A stretch of 63,866 nt of DNA, counting the filler, from a bacterium (GTDB taxonomy: Bacteria > JBBIVP01): assembly GCA_037439705.1 (NCBI GenBank). It is 6 parts of 6 records of this genome, joined end to end, with 100 filler letters (N's around TTAATTAATTAA, not from the genome) between each part and the next. Parts side by side here need not be neighbours in the genome. Positions count along the whole stretch, not along the records: positions 56,633 to 63,866 come from JBBIVP010000110.1; 5 more parts are not named here. One strand, 5' to 3'. Position numbers and translations under genes: made by a program. The notes beneath the pieces are model-generated. The model made no database searches, had not been told where the DNA came from, and was given only the letters and a program-made list of their open reading frames with translations. Shown here piece after piece: positions 59,225 to 63,866 of the stretch (its first letter is position 1; every line of letters begins with the position of its first letter).

Positions 59225-60468
59225 GAATAGTAGCGGATTTTCACATACATTCAAAATACTCAAGAGCCACTTCAAAGGATATGGAGGTTCGGTCGCTTTC
59301 AAAATGGGCTGAGATGAAGGGAATTAATCTTCTTGGAACTGGAGATTTCACCCATCCGATTTACTTTTCAGAACTCAAAAGAGAACTTGAAGAAGCAGAA
59401 GAGGGGCTATATAAACCGAAGGGAAAAACAGGTTTTCCAAGGTTTATTTTGACCACAGAGGTTTCCAACATATTCACACAGAACGGAATGATGAGGAGAA
59501 TTCATTCTATAATTCTTGCTCCATCTTTTGAAACAGCGGAGAAAATAAATAAATCCCTTTCAAAAAAGGGCGACCTCCTTGCTGATGGAAGACCAACATT
59601 TACTTTTCCTGTTAAGGACCTTTTAAAGATGCTTCTTGAAATTGATGAAAGATGCATGCTTGTTCCCGCTCATGCGTGGACACCCTGGTTTTCCATTTTT
59701 GGTTCCAATTCAGGGTTTAACTCTATTGAGGAGGCTTTTGGAGAGCTTGCAGAACATATATATGCAATTGAAACCGGACTATCTTCGGACCCTCCGATGA
59801 ACTGGAGGCTATCCGCTCTTGACCGAATAACACTCGTTTCAAACTCAGATGCCCACTCACCATCAAGAATAGGAAGGGAATGCAATGTGTTTGAGTGTGA
59901 ACTTTCCTATTCAGCAATTACTGATGCAATAAAAAAGAAGGATAAAAAGAGATTTCTTTTTACAATTGAGTTTTTTCCTGAGGAAGGGAAATACCACTAT
60001 GATGGACACAGAGCATGTAATGTGTCTTTGAATCCGAAAGAGACCATAAAGTTGGGCTCTAAATGTCCTAAATGCGGTAAGAACCTCACCATAGGAGTTC
60101 TGCACAGGGTTGAAGAACTTGCTGACAGAAAGGAAGGTGAAAAACCGGAAAATTCCATTGATTTTAAACATTTAGTTCCACTTGCCGAAATAATAGGAGA
60201 GGCAATAGAAGCTGAACCTTCTTCAAAGGCTGTTGAGGCACAGTATGAAAAAATAGTTTTTCATGGAGGAAGTGAGATAAAGGTTCTTCTTGAGACCCCG
60301 CTTGAAGAACTGAAAAAATTTGCGCCTCCAAGGGTGGTGGAGGGGATAAAACGCGTCCGTGAAGGAAAGGTCAAAGTTGAACCTGGTTATGACGGTGTTT
60401 ACGGAAAGATAAAAATTTTTGAAGAGGAAAAGAAGGAAGAATCAAAACAGATTTCCCTTTTTGGATGA
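59221..60468 (+). CDS. Endonuclease Q family protein (PHP domain plus zinc finger)
   Basis: ADFHIHSKYSRATS, GTGDFTHP, PAHAWTPW, ETGLSSD, SNSDAHS, GKYH.DGHR.C, CPKCG, PGYDGVYG. Confidence 0.9.
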   Translation: MRIVADFHIHSKYSRATSKDMEVRSLSKWAEMKGINLLGTGDFTHPIYFSELKRELEEAEEGLYKPKGKTGFPRFILTTEVSNIFTQNGMMRRIHSIILAPSFETAEKINKSLSKKGDLLADGRPTFTFPVKDLLKMLLEIDERCMLVPAHAWTPWFSIFGSNSGFNSIEEAFGELAEHIYAIETGLSSDPPMNWRLSALDRITLVSNSDAHSPSRIGRECNVFECELSYSAITDAIKKKDKKRFLFTIEFFPEEGKYHYDGHRACNVSLNPKETIKLGSKCPKCGKNLTIGVLHRVEELADRKEGEKPENSIDFKHLVPLAEIIGEAIEAEPSSKAVEAQYEKIVFHGGSEIKVLLETPLEELKKFAPPRVVEGIKRVREGKVKVEPGYDGVYGKIKIFEEEKKEESKQISLFG

Positions 60469-60479
60469 GGAGGAATAAT

Positions 60480-61011
60480 ATGGTTGAAACTATTAAAAAA
60501 TTGCTGTTAAATCCTGCGGAGTTCTGGAAAGAGGCAAAAATTGATTCTTTGAAACAGCTCATTTTCCCTTTTGCCATTGTTCTGGGTGCAATACTTCCGT
60601 TTTTTTCGTTCATCGGGCTTCTCCTTTTTAGAAATTATTTGCTCCATACAATAGGATGGTGGAGGGTTATTTTTTTTCTCATAATTTTGGGTTACTGTAT
60701 AGCAATTCTTGTTCATCTGATAACCGGCTATGCGATTTCCTATCTTGCTCCATATTTTGGATTTGAAAGGAAAGGTCTCAAAACAATTGCGCTTACGGTT
60801 TATTCCGTTACACCTTTCTGGCTCGCCTCAATTGTTAACATATATCCTCCACTTTTTCCCCTTTCTTTGCTTGGTTCCCTTTATTCCCTTTACATATTTT
60901 TTATGGGTTCACTGCATTATCTCAAAATCAGCGCCGAAAGAGCCTTCGTCTTCACCCTTTTTTCAGCCGGAATATGGATAGTGATTACCTATATATTTGC
61001 TCTTATTATCG
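60480..61011 (+). CDS. Yip1-family membrane protein (3' end lies in scaffold gap 61012-61055)
   Basis: LLLNP.EFW, LAPYFG, YSVTP.WL, LYSLY.FFMG. Confidence 0.75.
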
Positions 61012-61062
61012 NNNNNNNNNNNNNNNNNNNNNNNNNNNNNNNNNNNNNNNNNNNNAGTGTGT

Positions 61063-62058
61063 TCAATCCAGTTTTTTGGGTTCAATTATATCTCTCAAAT
61101 GGTCGCCGAGAAAGTTAAATGAAATAACGGTGATAAAAATCAGAAATCCCGGAATTATTAAATAGGGGTGCTGGGAGAGAAGGGTTATGTTTAGGGCTCT
61201 CTGTAACATATTTCCCCAGCTCGGGTCTGGCTCTTTTATTCCAAGACCGAGCATGCTCAGGGCAGATTCTCCGAGGATATAGGATGGAATACTGAGTGTG
61301 CAGGCGACTATTGTGTAACTCATGGTTTGAGGGATTATGTGTTTTCTTATTATCCACCAGCTACTTCCGCCAAGACTTTTTCCGGCGAGGACATAATCGG
61401 ATTCCCTGAGGCTTAAAACAATTCCCCTTATTACCCTTGCAAATGAAGCCCATCCGATGAAGCTCATTATGGCTACTATAAGAAGAAATGTCATGGCAGA
61501 GGATATATTTGCTGGAATGATTACAGAAAGGGATATGAGAAGGAAAAAGGTAGGTATGGACATAAGAATTTCAGTAATTCTCATTATTATCGTGTCAATA
61601 ATTCCTCCGAAATACCCTGATATGCTTCCAATAATGAGCCCTATGAGGAAGCTTATGAAAACTCCGACGAGCCCTATGGATAAACTTATCCTTCCTCCGT
61701 AAATGAGCCTTGAGAATATATCCCTTCCCAGGTCGTCACAACCAAGAAGGAATATGTATCCACCATTTTCAATAGAAAAAAGTTTTCCATTTTTGAAAAA
61801 GTGTATATAAAATTTTTTCTCTCTGTCTTCAATGTATGTTTTGCTCAAAGAATCTTGAAGATAATACCTGTAAATATACGGACGAAAACCGATGCGTACA
61901 TTTGATTTTTCAAAGAAATAGATTTTTGTTGGAGGAGCAAGTGGAAAATCCCTGAACTGATGAGAGGGTTCGTATGGTGCAATAAAGTCAGCAAAAATCG
62001 CTGAAAGATAAAGGATTGAAAGAATAAAGATGCTGAAAAAGAAAGTTACTTTTTTCAT
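61063..62058 (-). CDS. oppC: Peptide/nickel ABC transporter permease (OppC/DppC)
   Basis: LGCDDLGRDIFSRLIYGGRISL, W..FARVIRG, ESALS.LGLG, PSWG.ML. Confidence 0.93.
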   Translation of the reverse strand: MKKVTFFFSIFILSILYLSAIFADFIAPYEPSHQFRDFPLAPPTKIYFFEKSNVRIGFRPYIYRYYLQDSLSKTYIEDREKKFYIHFFKNGKLFSIENGGYIFLLGCDDLGRDIFSRLIYGGRISLSIGLVGVFISFLIGLIIGSISGYFGGIIDTIIMRITEILMSIPTFFLLISLSVIIPANISSAMTFLLIVAIMSFIGWASFARVIRGIVLSLRESDYVLAGKSLGGSSWWIIRKHIIPQTMSYTIVACTLSIPSYILGESALSMLGLGIKEPDPSWGNMLQRALNITLLSQHPYLIIPGFLIFITVISFNFLGDHLRDIIEPKKLD

Positions 62059-63023
62059 TCCATCCTCGTTCTCGGGTCAGCAATAAGAAGCAGGATATCC
62101 GCGATGAGATTTCCGAGCATGAGAAGAAGTGAACTTGTGAGCACTCCTCCCATGATGAGATATATGTCCTGACTCAAAACCCCTTTGAGCATGAGCGTCC
62201 CCAATCCCTGAAGGTTCAAAACGGTTTCAACGAGTGCAGCACCACTCAGTAAACTTGATATTTCATATCCCAAAAGGGTTATGAATGGATTTATTGCAAG
62301 TTTTAATGCATGGACAAAATAAACCCTTCTCAACGGGAGTCCCTTCGCTCTTGCAAAAAGAACAGCATTCTCGTTTAATGCCTGAATGTAATAACCCCTC
62401 ATCAATCTTACAATTCCAGCCATTGAAATTGAAGAAAGAACAATGGTGGGTAGGATTAAATGAACGATTCTGTCGTAAACCTTTTCTGCCGGAGATAGAA
62501 GATAATAATAGGAAGAAATTGTTCCACCGGGCGGAAGGATTCCTGTTTTTGCTACGAGAAAAAGGAGAAGAAAGGCAAGAAAGAATGATGGGAATGACAT
62601 CCATATAAAGGAAAAGAACTGAATGAATCGGTCAATGAAGGTATCCTTTTTTATTGCAGAAAGGATTCCGAAAGGTATACCAAGAAGCCATGCGAAAAAA
62701 AAACTTGATAAAGACAGGATAAGGGTGTTGAACGCCCTTGATGATATCAGGTCTATAACTTTTGCCCTGTAAAAGAAACTCTCTCCGAGGTCAAAGTGGA
62801 GAACCCTCCAGAGCCAGTAGAAGTATTGAATGTAAAATGGTTTGTCCAGCCCGAATTTTCTTCTCATCTCTTCAATTGTTTCAGGTGAGATTAAAGGATT
62901 CATCTTCAGGGTTGAAAGATAATCTCCCGGAGCCATAGAGATGAAAGCAAAGGAAATGAAGGTTATTCCTAAAATCATCGGTAAAATTAACAATATCCTC
63001 CTTGTTATAATTTTTAAAAGCAT
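62055..63023 (-). CDS. oppB: Peptide/nickel ABC transporter permease (OppB/DppB)
   Basis: PGD, FGLDKP..QY..WL, DLGES, ARAKGL, HAL, GAALVETV. Confidence 0.93.
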   Translation of the reverse strand: MLLKIITRRILLILPMILGITFISFAFISMAPGDYLSTLKMNPLISPETIEEMRRKFGLDKPFYIQYFYWLWRVLHFDLGESFFYRAKVIDLISSRAFNTLILSLSSFFFAWLLGIPFGILSAIKKDTFIDRFIQFFSFIWMSFPSFFLAFLLLFLVAKTGILPPGGTISSYYYLLSPAEKVYDRIVHLILPTIVLSSISMAGIVRLMRGYYIQALNENAVLFARAKGLPLRRVYFVHALKLAINPFITLLGYEISSLLSGAALVETVLNLQGLGTLMLKGVLSQDIYLIMGGVLTSSLLLMLGNLIADILLLIADPRTRME

Positions 63024-63039
63024 CCTGAAATTTTAAAAC

Positions 63040-63866
63040 TCATTTCCTGATTTTTATCCATTCATCTTTATATATACCCCATATTGTGGGGTAGAAGTTT
63101 TCAAGCTCTTTTTTCCATGCTATGTAAACCTCCCTTCTTACCGTTGGAATTATGGGAAGTTCCCTGTGGATTATCTCCTGAATTTTTCTGTAATATTCAG
63201 CCCTTTTCTTTTTGTCCAGTTCTGAAGCACCCATTTCAATGAGGCGGTCTATTTCCGCTTCCCATTCTGTTGCCCGTTTTTTCTGCATGTGATTCCAGAG
63301 GTGAAGTTTTCCCGAGGACCTAAGGAAATTTGCTCCGTTGTGAGGTTCCATGGTTCCTGTAAGTCCTATAAGAACCACATCCCACTCAAAGTTTGAAAGG
63401 AGTTTTTCAACGAGCGTATTGAATTCTATTGGTTTGAAATTAACCTTTATCCGGATTCTCTTCATGTCCTCCACAAATATGGTGCATATACTCTCCCTTT
63501 CCTTATTTCCTGAATTTGTAAACAGGTCAAATTCAACCCTGTTTCCGTATTCGTCTTCAAGCCATCCATCATTGTTCATATCTTTAAAAGCAAGGGATAA
63601 AAGAATTTCCCTCCTTCTCAGGATTAAAGTCGTAATCCCTGAGGGACTCATTGTAAAAATCCCCTTCTTCAGGGCTTGCGTAGGAAATAGCGGGTTCTCC
63701 AAGACCGCCGAGTGCAGACCTTATCATGTGTTTTTTGTCAATGGAAATGGCGATGGCAAGTCTGAAATCTCTCATTGAAAACCATCTGAGTTTGTAAGCA
63801 TCCTTTTTTCCTTCATATCTTTTCGGATTTAAATTGAAGGCGAAGAATTCAACGCCCGTTGAAACG
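63040..63866 (-). pseudogene. Peptide ABC transporter substrate-binding protein (OppA-like), 3' part with two apparent frameshifts
   Basis: Three frames join as ...FFAFNLN..KLRWF / RDFRLAIA.SID...DFNPEK / REILL...DMNNDGWLED..GNRVEF.L.TNSGN..RE...WEAEID. Confidence 0.75.

Overview
This window is not one locus. It is six unrelated draft contigs of an AT-rich diderm bacterium, joined by artificial 100-nt spacers (N44-TTAATTAATTAA-N44 at 11564-11663, 22904-23003, 34155-34254, 45356-45455 and 56533-56632). The internal contigs shrink in order (11240, 11151, 11101, 11077 nt), so they are size-sorted and gene neighbourhoods across spacers mean nothing. Most content is housekeeping: trmI, moeA, ilvD/ilvB, rnhA, nadA, mutS2, guaB, hisG, serS, mutS, dxs, pncA, truD, eno, acyP, EndoQ, an Opp/Dpp ABC transporter and four tRNAs without encoded CCA. 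Envelope genes include a TonB receptor, beta-barrels, FecR-domain proteins and a myxosortase-like protease, which suggests (inference) a thermophilic Myxococcota/delta-proteobacterium-like lineage. I found no CRISPR array, rRNA, integrase or intact mobile element. The most notable observations are: (1) a hidden PD-(D/E)XK nuclease gene split at a canonical A_AAA_AAC -1 slippery site; (2) about 12 operon-first genes with an apparently leaderless promoter layout; (3) toxin-antitoxin modules or relics directly behind both tRNA-Ser genes; (4) a HEPN plus DUF499 defence relic cut exactly at a hairpin element; (5) a YfhO/GT-C-TPR fusion coupled to a DPM1-like GT2; (6) a MutS2 without an Smr domain; (7) a nuclease with 33-bp hendecad repeats. 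Several frameshifts lie in homopolymers, so assembly error remains a live alternative for them. Family assignments come from motif recognition only; no database searches were run.
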